Positions 54,202-63,591 of a DNA stretch of 64,000 bases are shown one piece after another. The position numbers and the translations under genes were made by a program. Source of the DNA: an uncultured Chloroflexia bacterium. GTDB taxonomy: Bacteria; Chloroflexota; Dehalococcoidia; GIF9; UBA5629. The notes under the pieces were generated by a model. That model was not told the origin of the DNA, searched no databases, and saw only the letters and a list, made by a program, of their open reading frames with translations. Position 1 is the first letter of the stretch. Each line of letters opens with the position of its first letter. The DNA lies in NCBI GenBank assembly GCA_963784375.1, contig CAWAQY010000005.1, positions 11,896 through 75,895 of the forward strand, written 5' to 3'.

Positions 54202-55276
54202 ATGAATTGTACAAATGTAATTAGTAAAACCGGTGAGAAAAATATGAGCCCATCGGAATTTCGTGAGACTGCCAGGAAAAATGTTCTGAATAAAGAGCAA
54301 CAAGAATTATTATCCCGGAAGATTAGTGACCTATCACTCAAAATCCAGGGCACACGACTTGAGGCACTTATCGGTGAACTCTATCAAGAGTTGGAAAAAG
54401 CAGGCATCTCCTTCAAGCCAAAAACATATCTGGCTGATGAATGGGGCTGTCCTCATGGGGTTCCCGTGATAGGGATTCCCTTCTACCTGGCGAACCCTGA
54501 ATTGTCAAAGCTGGAAGGTGAATTAACCGGGATAGAAGCTGAGGATGAAGCGGAAGTGATGATGTATCTCCGTCATGAGGCCGGACATGCATTCAATTAT
54601 GCATATCGCTTATACAGGAAGCCGGAATGGCGCCAGCTATTTCGGGAGATTTTCGCAGCCCTACCAGGAGAATTATCAGCCAGTACCTTTTAGCGCCAAG
54701 TTTGTGCGTCACATACCGGGCTGGTACGCACAGAAACATCCTGATGAGGATTTTGCGGAAACCTTCGCTGTATGGCTCACGCCTGGCTCAGATTGGCAGA
54801 AACAGTACGCTGACACTCCGGCTCTGGCTAAATTAATGTATGTTGATAAAATGGTACGCAAATACGGTCAGAAGCCGCCGGTCGTTACTGATGAGAAGCT
54901 GGATACGCCAGTGCAAGAGCTGACGATGACTCTGGATAGATGGTACGAAACGGGTAGAGATACTAACCACATCAGTCTCAACCTCCATCGCACTCTCAAC
55001 AACGACTTGCGAAGACTGTTCCCTGCAGAGCAGGGACAACCGGCGGTGGATGTCCTTCGGGCTAATCGCAAACAACTGATTCGAGAGGTGAATTACTGGA
55101 CTGGTATTAACCGTGAGCTCCTGAGTGCTCTAATCGATGAATTGCTGGAGCGGGTCCAATTTCTCGAGCTCAAGATAGAACCTGAACAAACCGCAACACA
55201 AATGGTGAGTGTGTCGGTATTCATCACCACTCTGGTCATGAACTACTTGTACCGGGGTCAATTTGTAGACACCTGA
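54202..55276 (+). CDS. Putative zinc metallopeptidase (HExxH), frame break ~54640-54650
   Basis: Contains MMYLRHEAGHAFNYAY (HEAGH) and a downstream ..HPDEDFAETFAVWL... ORFs 54202..54693 and 54575..55276 join as ..RKPEWRQLFG.FSQPYQENY... The start is 54202 or 54244. Confidence 0.6.
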
Positions 55277-55307
55277 TATTGTCCTGATTGGAAAGGAGGC
55301 TAACGAG

Positions 55308-56433
55308 ATGGATAAACTCAAGATTTCTGTGCTGTTCTGGGAAGAGCGTAGTCAAGGAAGGAACCAAGCACGATGAAGTGGTAGATGAGGTCGCCGGAGC
55401 TTTGTCCGAAGGCGGGCACAAAGTATCATTAATCGGAATAAGCGACGATTTACGCGAACTTCTGGACAAACTTGATGACAAACGACCCGACCTTGTGTTC
55501 AATCTCTGCGAGAGGTTTGCTGATAACGATGTATATGAAATGCATGTTACGGCTGTTCTTGCCATGCTTGGCCAACCTTTTACGGGAACTGGCCCGGCAG
55601 GGATGGCATTGAGACAAGACAAGGCGGTAACGAAGAAACTCTTGAAGTTTCACGGGGTACCTTATCCAAATTACGCCACCTTTGACAAGGACAACCTCGA
55701 ATTCGCCGGTAAGATGCGTTTCCCCTTGTTTGTTAAACCTTTGCATGGAGACACTTCCCTCGGCATTGATGATTCTTCCCTGGTAACCGAATATTCTAAG
55801 CTTGTCGAGCGTATCGGCTTTATCCAAACGCAACTGAAGGTACCTGCCCTGGTGGAGGAATACATCGAAGGACGCGAGTTCTATGTCGGCATTTTGGGCA
55901 ATGATGCCGCTGAAATATTGCCGGTAATGGAGCTTGATTTTGCCAAACTTCCCGGCGGATATCCACGGATTTACGGTCACGAGGCAAAGTCGGATACAGC
56001 CAGTCCTCAGTATGGGGCCGTCAATGCTATCGTTGCCACGGAACTGGCTCCTGAGGTACGAGCGCGCTTAATCATGGCTGGCCGAGAGGCAGCCTATGCC
56101 TTGAAAGTACAGGATTATGCCAGGGTAGACATCAGGCTTTCCGCTGATGGGATACCAATTGTCGTTGAGGTCAATGCCAATCCCTATCTGGAACGAACCA
56201 GTGCCTTTGCTTTGGCCGCACTGCAGGCTGGTATGGGGTACACAACGCTGATCAATCGTATTGTGGAAATTGCACGGAAACGCTGGGAGCCGACTCCATT
56301 CCTGAAAGAGTTGCAGAAGAACAGGGCAGAGAGAGCCAAAACACGAAAACAAGCCGCAAAGTTAGTTCAGTCTTGCGAGACAGCACCTGTAAAAGAAAAC
56401 ACGAAGGAGAACATAGAGAAGCCGGCTGAGTAG
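55308..56433 (+). CDS. ATP-grasp ligase of the D-Ala-D-Ala-ligase-like class, frame break ~55338
   Basis: ATG 55308 follows GAAAGGAGG and gives MDKLKISVLF, joining ..GKSVVKEGTKHDEVVDEV... ATP-grasp body: KAVTKKLL..FPLFVKP..GDTSLGI..ALVEEYIEGREFYVGILG..VEVNANPYL. The C-terminal tail is K/R/E-rich. Confidence 0.75.
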
Positions 56434-56592
56434 CAAACAACATCTGCGGCAAAGTGAGTTATATGGGTATGCAACAAGTTCTTTCCCACACTTTGTTTTC
56501 AATTTTTTTGTGCTCCCCAGGGCATCCTGCCCTGGGGAGTACTGGCTCATACCTTCGATTCAGGTATACAGGTTGAGATAAATGACATATGG

Positions 56593-56752
56593 TTAAAACA
56601 GTCTGAATACCTTTCTTAGCAGCCAGATAATTATGAGAATAACTGCAATAACAAGTGCGATATAGATCAGCCAGCCCAAAGAGGGAAGAGCTACTAAACC
56701 CAACAGCCACAAAACTAAGAGAATAATACCGATAAGTTAATAAAATATCCAT
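56593..56752 (-). CDS. Small membrane protein (lmo0937-like two-helix type), copy 1, one frame break near the 5' end
   Basis: ATG 56752 gives MDILLT, then after a +1 shift IGIILLVLWLLGLVALPSLGWLIYIALVIAVILIIIWLLRKVFRLF* (hand translation). Confidence 0.45.
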
Positions 56753-56834
56753 AACTACCTCCTTTTTAATTAGTAGACTTTTAAGTTGAAATCCTTGTTA
56801 GATGGTCCGGTCTTCATTTAGAGGTTTTGTTGCA

Positions 56835-57011
56835 CTATAGACTTTTCAGCCAACTCGTTTTATTTTTTTCCTTGAACTCTTTCAGGGGCTTGTAATCCTT
56901 GATAATTTCTTTGATAGCATCCTCGTTGTTTTTCTTGTTGTGTTCGATTCTGTAAACCTCCACAATCTTATCCTCTTCATCAGATAATTCGATTTGAACT
57001 CTTACTGTCAT
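56835..57011 (-). CDS. 58-aa ribbon-helix-helix/DUF2683-like small protein, copy 1 (below the ORF-track cutoff)
   Basis: ATG 57011 follows AAAGGAGG and gives MTVRVQIELSDEEDKIVEVYRIEHNKKNNEDAIKEIIKDYKPLKEFKEKNKTSWLKSL. The beta-strand-then-helix pattern resembles archaeal DUF2683 / RHH antitoxin-like proteins. Assignment by eye. Confidence 0.45.
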   Translation of the reverse strand: MTVRVQIELSDEEDKIVEVYRIEHNKKNNEDAIKEIIKDYKPLKEFKEKNKTSWLKSL

Positions 57012-57111
57012 GCTATTTGCCTCCTTTAATTACTACTGGAAAATGATAGCAACATGACCATAGAATAGTTATATAATCGGGTTGGTGTGTATTAAATTCT
57101 TATGACATTTA
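56979..57111. repeat. Repeat copy 1 (5' end, SD and upstream region of the RHH-like gene), homologous to 58005..58141
   Basis: Aligned by eye: atcagataattcgatttg..ccatagaatagt..ataatcgg..cttatgacattta is shared by both copies. Confidence 0.65.
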
Positions 57112-57148
57112 AGATGCCTGAGTGCTATTCTGAACACTCAGGCATCTT
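57111..57148. other. Perfect 14-bp stem-loop
   Basis: AAGATGCCTGAGTG-ctattctgaa-CACTCAGGCATCTT. There is no clear U-tract on either strand. It lies between small-membrane copy 2 and RHH copy 1. Confidence 0.35.
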
Positions 57149-57257
57149 GTTAGATTCAGATCTGTACCACTTGGGATTCTAAATTTTCCGAACCATTCTG
57201 TTACAAGTCAGGATGGACACTATAGTATCAGCGGTATCCGTTATAGTGGCGTAAAGG

Positions 57258-57411
57258 TTAAAAAAGTCTGAACACTCTTCTTAGCAGCCAGATTATGACG
57301 AGAATAACCGCAATAACAAGTGCATCATCAACCACACTGTGGTATTGCGATAAAACCCGACCGGAGCCATAAAACCAGAAGAATGATGCCAATAGTCAGT
57401 AAGATGTTCAT
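57258..57411 (-). CDS. Small membrane protein (lmo0937-like), copy 2, frame-disrupted
   Basis: MNILLTIGIILLVLWL... continues after shifts as ...VVDDALVIAVILVIIWLLRRVFRLF*. The 3' end is near-identical to copy 1. Confidence 0.4.
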
Positions 57412-57470
57412 GCAATGGCTCCTTAATTAGTAATAAAGATTTTGACAGTTTTGTTGATACTTTCGACGCG

Positions 57471-58039
57471 GTTAAACGTTCCAGCCAGATCTTGTTTTTC
57501 CTCAATCATCGTGCTAAGAGCTTGTACATGCTTGATATGTCTTTGATGGCTCCTCATTGTTCTTCTTATTGTGTTCGATCCGTATCCCGTACTACCTTAT
57601 CACTCTTCGGATGCATCCTGGATGGCGCTGGTGGTTATGGTAGATCATGTGACCTACTATGACGATGCGAACAAGCGATTTATTGGCTGACAGCACTGAC
57701 CGGTCTGTATTGAGCAAACGGGAGCGTTATTGAGAATCACTCTGGCTGGCAAACGAGCAACTCAAAGGGGTTAGGCAAATGAATGTTTAAATGATACTGT
57801 GGTTCTCATCGATGTAGTATTGAAGGTAAATCCGTGCAGATTAGCGCATGCACGATCAAAGCTTCTCTGAATAGTGGGTTCGGTCCTGGCCATAGGCCAA
57901 ACCGCCGAATTACAATTCAGGAACCTTTCTATAAAGTTCGAGGTCTAGACGGCCGGTATCGGGTGCTGTATCTCGGTCAATGTAGACTAAGCTGTGTCTG
58001 CATTATCAGATAATTCGATTTGTACTTTTACTGTTACAT
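57471..58039 (-). pseudogene. Second copy of the RHH-like gene, split by a ~400-bp insertion (57608..58004) with a damaged start
   Basis: 57471-57607 aligns with the 3' two-thirds of copy 1, and 58005-58039 aligns with its first codons (..VKVQIELSD). The start region reads ATGTAA. Confidence 0.4.
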
Positions 58040-58141
58040 ATACCGTTTATCTCCTGCAATTTATTCTGAGAAAATGTTAGCATTATGCCCATAGAATAGT
58101 CGTATAATCGGACAGGGATGTATGAATACTTATGACATTTA
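58005..58141. repeat. Repeat copy 2 of the RHH-gene 5' region (see 56979..57111)
   Basis: Alignment by eye. Confidence 0.65.
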
Positions 58142-58247
58142 CCGGTTATGTTTGCTCGATTGCTGAAATAGACTACTCTGAAGCGTTTACCTGGAGAAAA
58201 ACACAAGACTATACGCAAACTGCAAATACCCGTCTGTCACCGTCAAG

Positions 58248-58469
58248 TTATTTCTTCTGCAGTTCATCCTTTTGAATTTTTAGGATCACTTTGTCGCCTA
58301 TTGTCATTATCTTGTCCAACTTAATCTCATATTTTTTTGTTAGTCCTGCGGCCACGATTACATGGTTTATTGCACTGTTAACCATATCAACATCGATGTC
58401 GGTCACTCTGCCTATATTATTACCTTGTGCATCTATGACTTCTTTGTTGAATAATTTCTTGGCGTTCAT
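58248..58469 (-). CDS. Small PRC-barrel domain protein
   Basis: 73 aa: KEVIDAQGNNIGRVTDIDVDMVNSAINHVIV...IMTIGDKVIL is a typical stand-alone PRC-barrel pattern. Confidence 0.65.
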   Translation of the reverse strand: MNAKKLFNKEVIDAQGNNIGRVTDIDVDMVNSAINHVIVAAGLTKKYEIKLDKIMTIGDKVILKIQKDELQKK

Positions 58470-58526
58470 TTCAATCTCCTTTTAAAGAATGTTTTGATTA
58501 CAAAATATTTTACACCTGGTATTTTT

Positions 58527-59130
58527 TTAAGGCGATGCCATAACGACCTGCCAATAGGCCCATCCCCAGTCGTTTACAGCCTCCAACCTGTACAGTTTAG
58601 TTTGTCCTGAGGGTACTGTGACCACTGTGCTTCCTGTTGGGTTAACCGGACCTATGTCGGGCTGGATGACTATCTGCGTGGCATTTGATACATCCCAGTT
58701 AAGTTGCCACGCAAGTACCTCCGCGGTGGCTGGCGGTGAAGTTGATGACAGGATTACTGGCTGTAGATTGTGGCGGTGGCGCTGGCGTTGAGACGATAAT
58801 AATCGCCGATGATCTGATGACAGTACCAGCAGAGTTGGTGGCACTTATAGTATAAACGGTGGATTTAGACGGTGATATTACCCTGGTGCCTACAACATCA
58901 ACCTGACCTATACCCTGGTCTATACTTACCGATGTAGCTCCAGTCACATTCCACAACAGAGTTGACGTGCCACCGGAATTAATCGTAGCTGGATTATTGC
59001 TAAATTCTATGATAACCGGTGGCGTTCCTACCGGTAGGATAGGATTTGGTGACGGGGCTGGAAATGTAAAACAACCCGGGATGAGAATCAGTAATAGTAG
59101 TGATAGAGAAAGAAAAACAAACCTTTTCAA
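58527..59130 (-). CDS. Lipoprotein-family paralog A: shared 5' module plus a second Ig-like domain. One frame break ~58750-58840.
   Basis: TTG 59130 lies 7 nt after GGAGGT and gives MKRFVFLSLSLLLLILIPGC, then ..GGTSTLLWNVTGATSVSIDQGIGQV..VYTISATNSAGTV... The C-terminal part, in ORF 58527..58844, reads ..LAWQLNWDVSNATQIVIQPDIGPV..LYRLEAVNDWG... Confidence 0.65.
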
Positions 59131-59319
59131 TGTAGTTACCTCCTAAATTTTATTGCCTGTGACATTGACATGTCCTTAGCCTTTTGTTTGTTAATAGTAT
59201 GGTAGATACACGCTCACTAATGGCGGAGCTGAAAATGTAAAACCCGGTTAAATTTGCAACTACTATTAAAGTCGACTTTACGGCCTTTAACAGCAGCAGC
59301 AAATTTAGATTCCCCCAAC

Positions 59320-60014
59320 CTACTCATGCGGAAATATACCTTCTAATTTGTCGGGCTCCAGCATGTGATTTGAAAGTCGATTTGAGCTCGATACCGCATC
59401 ATTGGGCGTGAGCACATGGAGGCGTTGCCATCCAGAAACCTTCCCCACGTGTCCATTGGTTAGTGACGGTCTGCGAACCAGCGGCAATGAAGGTGATAAC
59501 CCCCGGAGAAGGTAGCACCATCGCTTCTCTCCCACCGGTAAGTAACTATACCAGGACCGTTGGCGGCGATAGTTCCCCAAAAGTTAATGGTTTTGGGACA
59601 AGGACCGGTGAATGGGTACTGATCAACACCCACAATGACGCCAGTCACCGACAAACGGGGAGTAGGTGCTGAGGTTGACCGTAGTCACCGCTGATCTGGT
59701 AACGGTACCAGCAGAGTTGGTAGCACTTATGGTATAGACAGTGGATGCAGCCGGTGATACTACCATGGTACCCGCAGCATCAACCAGACCTATGCCCTGG
59801 TCTATGCTCACCGAGTTAGCTCCAGTCACATTCCACAACAGAGTTGACGTGCCACCGGGATTAATCGCAGATGGATTACTGCTAAAAGTCTCCAATAACC
59901 GAAGGCGTTCCTACCGGCTGGGCAGTCGCTGGTGCGCGGGATTTGAAATGTAAAACAACCCGGGATGAGAATCAGTAGTAGTAGTGATAGAGAAAGAAAA
60001 ACAAACCTTTTCAA
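59320..60014 (-). CDS. Lipoprotein-family paralog B: shared 5' module plus an NGPGxVTYxWE domain. About four frame breaks.
   Basis: TTG 60014 follows GGAGGT. It is pieced together from ORFs 59826..60029, 59623..59895, 59460..59654 and 59320..59580 (..TINFWGTIAANGPGIVTYRWERSDG....LHVLTPNDAVSSS..). Confidence 0.5.
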
Positions 60015-60110
60015 TGTAGTTACCTCCAAAAATATATTGCCTGCGACATCGACATGTCCTTATCTTTGTATGTTAACAGTTGTCTTAAAACTTCTTATAC
60101 GTCACAATAA

Positions 60111-60774
60111 TTAGGGCCCACAGGTTGTGTAATTTGTCGAATTCGATACTATATCATTGGGAGTCAAAACGTGGACTCGATACGAACCGGAAGGCAATGC
60201 ACTCATTTCCACCGGTAATGTTATTTTTTGTGTACCGGCTGTGGGAAATGTGATATTCCAGGTATAACTATATCCGCCGCCATCGGTTGATTCCCAGATG
60301 TAAGTAACTGTGCCGGGACCATTGGCAGTGATAATTAAGCGTAAAGGTTGAAACAACCGGTGAAGGTTGATGGCTCAGTATTGGCCATAACACTGGTTAC
60401 CGCGAATGAGGTCGGAGCAGGGTGAGGGTGCGATGCTGAGTTGACCGTAGTCACCGCTGATCTGGTAACGGTACCAGCAGAGTTGGTAGCACTTATTGTA
60501 TAAACAGTGGATGTAGCCGGTGATACTACCCTGGTCCCCGCAACATTAACCTGACCTATACCCTGGTCTATACTCACCGAGTTAGCTCCGGTCACATTCC
60601 ACAACAGAGTTGACGTGCCACCGGAATTAATCGTAGATGGATTACTGCTAAAGGTTCCAATAACCGAAGGCGTTCCTACCGGTGGAACAGGCTTGGCGGG
60701 TTTGAACTGTAATACAACCCGGGATGAGAATCGAGTAGTAGTAGTGATAGAGAAAGAAAAACTAATTTTTTCAA
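60111..60774 (-). CDS. Lipoprotein-family paralog C: shared 5' module plus an NGPGxVTYxWE domain. At least three frame breaks, including one inside the signal peptide.
   Basis: TTG 60774 follows GGAGGT. The signal-peptide codons carry one extra base at 60733. The Ig module is in ORF 60335..60604. The C-terminal domain (ITANGPGTVTYIWESTDGG...YRVHVLTPNDIVSNS..C) is in ORF 60111..60356. Confidence 0.5.
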
Positions 60775-61037
60775 TGTAGTTACCTCCAAAAATATATTGC
60801 CTGCGACATCGACACGTCCTTAATCTTTGTATTGTTAACAGTTGCCTAAAACTTCTTATACATTACGTCAAATACTCTAACCTCTTCTTAAACCTTTTCT
60901 TATTGATTGCTGCCTGTTATTGAGACGTGTCAGTCACTAATAGCAATTACAAAAATCTTATCATTCGAGATATGGATTAGTAATATAATAAGAAGGCAGA
61001 AAGTTAAATAGTTATGATATTTTGACGAAGGAGCAGG
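60775..61037. repeat. Conserved ~263-bp upstream leader/promoter region of paralog C, near-identical to 63234..63495
   Basis: Aligned by eye base by base. There are only scattered substitutions and 1-2 nt indels over ~260 bp. Shorter versions (first ~40-90 bp) precede paralogs A, B and D. Confidence 0.75.
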
Positions 61038-61052
61038 CTCTGGTCTCAGTCG

Positions 61053-61104
61053 TTAAAACAGAAATAGGTGGGGAATCGTGCCAGGATATCCTCACCTATT
61101 TCTG
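61053..61104 (-). terminator. Putative intrinsic terminator downstream of paralog D
   Basis: On the minus strand the 12-bp stem CAGAAATAGGTG...CACCTATTTCTG (22-nt loop) is followed by TTTT. It lies 65 nt after the stop at 61169. Confidence 0.4.
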
Positions 61105-61168
61105 ATCCAAGTCAGAGGGGGTTTTAAAGTTCCCATAGACTTATGGGGCAGATATAATTTATTTAACT

Positions 61169-62128
61169 TTAAGGCATAGTATATTTTATTGTTAGAGTCG
61201 CATTGCTAAAGCACAGCATATCTGCCACACTATCCCAGTCAGTAGATGAATAGAATTGGATCATGAACTGACTGCGAGTCTGGCCTGTTTGAACCAATGT
61301 CTGTATCACTGATTCTCCAGCTTCAGCATTCTTCACATCCCATGCCCACGGAGACAGAGGGTAATTGATGATACTGCCGTTTTCGGTGAGTTTCGCTGTG
61401 CGGTTCCACCAAACTATGGATGTAATGGTATCAGTATCAGAAAGTTTACCGTACTGATGATGATAGACTTTCATAGGCACCCATGCCACCGTACATGGTT
61501 TCATAGGTGGGGTTGCCTGTCTTGGTATAGTTACTTAAATCCAATATCGCTTCTTGTATCACTGCGGTCTGGGGAATTGCAGAGATATCGAAACTAAGGA
61601 AAGCCCTGCTTTCCGAATTGCTTGAGTTATCACCGATGCACGCAGTGTTCTTAGTAGTAGTGTATATTGCTTGACCTGTACCCTGAGACATAGCCTTAAC
61701 CATAGAGCCAGACTCGTTACTCATTGCAGATAGTGTAACGCTCATTACACCATTGATAATTGGTGGTGATGGCGGTAGCGGTGCTGAGTTGACCAGTAGT
61801 CATCGATGATCTGGTAACGGTACCAGCAGAGTTGGTAGCACTTATGGTATACACAGTGGATGTAGCCGGTGATACTACCCTGGTACCCGCAACATCAACC
61901 TGACCTATACCCTGGTCTATACTCACCGAGTTAGCTCCAGTAACATTCCACAACAGAGTTGATGTGCCACCGGAATTAATCGCAGATGGATTACTGCTAA
62001 AGGTTCCAATAACCGAAGGCTGTCCTACCGGTGGGATAGGATTTGGTGCCGGGGTTTGAAATGTAAAACAACCCGGGATGAGAATCAAGTAGTAGTAGTG
62101 ATAGAGAAAGAAAAACTAATCTTTTCAA
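61169..62128 (-). CDS. Lipoprotein-family paralog D: shared 5' module plus a DNRLRE-like C-terminal domain. At least three frame breaks, including one inside the signal peptide.
   Basis: TTG 62128 follows GGAGGT. There is an extra base at ~62087 in the signal-peptide codons. The rest is in ORFs 61717..62088, 61446..61745 (..ESRAFLSFDISAIPQTAVIQEAILDLSNY..) and 61169..61504. Confidence 0.55.
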
Positions 62129-62194
62129 TGTAGTTACCTCCAAAAATATATTGCCTGCGACATCGACATGTCCTTACTCTTAAAGACTATAGGG

Positions 62195-62224
62195 TCAGGA
62201 CGCCGGGTAAACCCGGCGTCCTGA
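62195..62224 (-). terminator. Perfect GC-rich hairpin downstream of paralog E
   Basis: CAGGACGCCGGG-taaa-CCCGGCGTCCTG lies 75 nt after the stop at 62299. The U-tract is weak. Confidence 0.4.
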
Positions 62225-62298
62225 AACCATAATTTATTTCTACACATTGGCGTTACAGAGAAGAACTTAAATTCTGCATACCCAGTAGGATGTGGTTC

Positions 62299-63233
62299 TT
62301 AAGGCAAATGGTACTTAACCGTCAATATGGCTTGGTCAAAGCACAGCATATCTGGTACACCGTCCCAGTTAGTGGACGTGAAAAATTGAATCCTTAACTG
62401 AAACTCTCGGCTGCCCGGCTATGACTAATCCCTGGACACTGAGTTTTCCGCTAACAGGATCCTTGATTTCTAAGTTCCAGGGCGAGAGCGGATAGTCGGT
62501 TATTTCGCCCGAGGCCACCAGCTCCCCCGGTCTGTTATAGGCAAATGTATCGAGATCTTCATATGTACCATACTGGTACCTGTAAATCTCCAGCGCTCCA
62601 AAGTTGCCATACTGGGGGCCGTTGACTGGATCCGTATATGTCGGGTTACCAGTCGTCGTATACCCGCCTATATTCAGGGAAACCTCGTCTATCATTGCAT
62701 TGCTGGGTATCGACGAAATGTCGAAGCTTAAAAAAGCGCGGCTTGCCATGCCGCCACCAGTATCCCCAACACAGACAGAATGTGACTTGGTATAGTCCAT
62801 ACCGCTCTTGATTATTGACCCACTTTCACCTGGAATAATACCAACGATGATACCGGTTCCTGGTGTAGGCGATGAGGGTGATGGTGGTGCTGAGTTGACC
62901 AGTAGTCGTCGCTGATCTGGTAACGGTACCAGTAGAGTTGGTAGCACTGATAGTATAAACAGTGGATGCAGTCGGTGATACTACCCTGGTCCCCGCAACA
63001 TCAACCCGGCCTATTCCCTGGTCTATACTCACCGAGTTAGCTCCGGTAACATTCCACGACAGGGTTGACGTGCCACCGGAATTAATCGCAGATGGATTGT
63101 TGCTAAAGTCTCCAATAACTGGTGGTGTTCCTATCGGTAGGAAAGGATTTGATGCCTGGGGTTGAACTGTAATACAACCCGGGATGAGAACCAATAGTAG
63201 TAGTGATAGAGAAAGAAAAACGAACCTTTTCAA
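62299..63233 (-). CDS. Lipoprotein-family paralog E: shared 5' module plus a DNRLRE-like C-terminal domain. Two frame breaks.
   Basis: TTG 63233 follows GGAGGT and gives MKRFVFLSLSLLLLVLIPGC. The rest is in ORFs 62826..63248 and 62369..62947 (..ASRAFLSFDISSIPSNAMIDEVSLNIGGY..). The last 32 aa (RIQFFTSTNWDGVPDMLCFDQAILTVKYHLP*) are in a third frame by hand translation. Confidence 0.6.
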
Positions 63234-63495
63234 TGTAGTTACCTCCAAAAATTTATTGCCTGCGACATCGACACGTCCTTAATCTTTGTATTGTTAATAG
63301 TTGTCTAAACTTCTTATACATTACGTTAAATACTCTAACCTCTTCTTAAACCTGTTCTTATTGATTGCTGCCTGATATTGAGACGTGTCAGTCACTAGTA
63401 GCAATTACAAAAATCTTATCATTCGAGATGTGGATTAGTAATATAATAACAAGGCAGAACGTTAAATAGTTATGATATTGTCACGAAGGAGCAGG
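63234..63495. repeat. Conserved ~262-bp upstream leader/promoter region of paralog E (pair of 60775..61037)
   Basis: See 60775..61037. Confidence 0.75.
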
Positions 63496-63591
63496 TTTAC
63501 TGCACCACCAAAGGTCAATCGCCTCTCCATAGTGACCTCGAAGTCGGGGTGTATGACATTCCCCACGAAAATAATCAGACTGCTTACATCG

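Noticed and set aside
53965-54303. The 112-aa minus-strand ORF in the AT-rich gap between leuS and the metallopeptidase gene.
   Set aside because: The sequence is low-complexity and AT-driven, overlaps the 5' end of the plus-strand peptidase gene and has no RBS. It is likely non-coding intergenic or promoter DNA.
56513-56539. An 11-bp GC-rich hairpin (CTCCCCAGGGC-atcct-GCCCTGGGGAG) after the ATP-grasp gene, considered as an intrinsic terminator.
   Set aside because: The T-run lies 5' of the stem on the + strand (A-run 3' on the - strand), the wrong side for a canonical terminator in either direction. It is kept only as an observation.
57608-58004. The ~400-bp insert in the second RHH-like gene, considered as an IS element or MITE.
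   Set aside because: There is no transposase ORF, no convincing terminal inverted repeats (only a shared ATGCA near both ends) and no target-site duplication. It is reported as an unexplained insert instead.
58527-63500. Whether the repeats at 58.5-63.5 kb are a CRISPR array or a diversity-generating retroelement target/template pair.
   Set aside because: The repeat units are ~600-950-bp protein-coding paralogs with their leaders, not 25-40-bp direct repeats with spacers. No cas genes or reverse transcriptase are present, and differences between copies are not adenine-specific.
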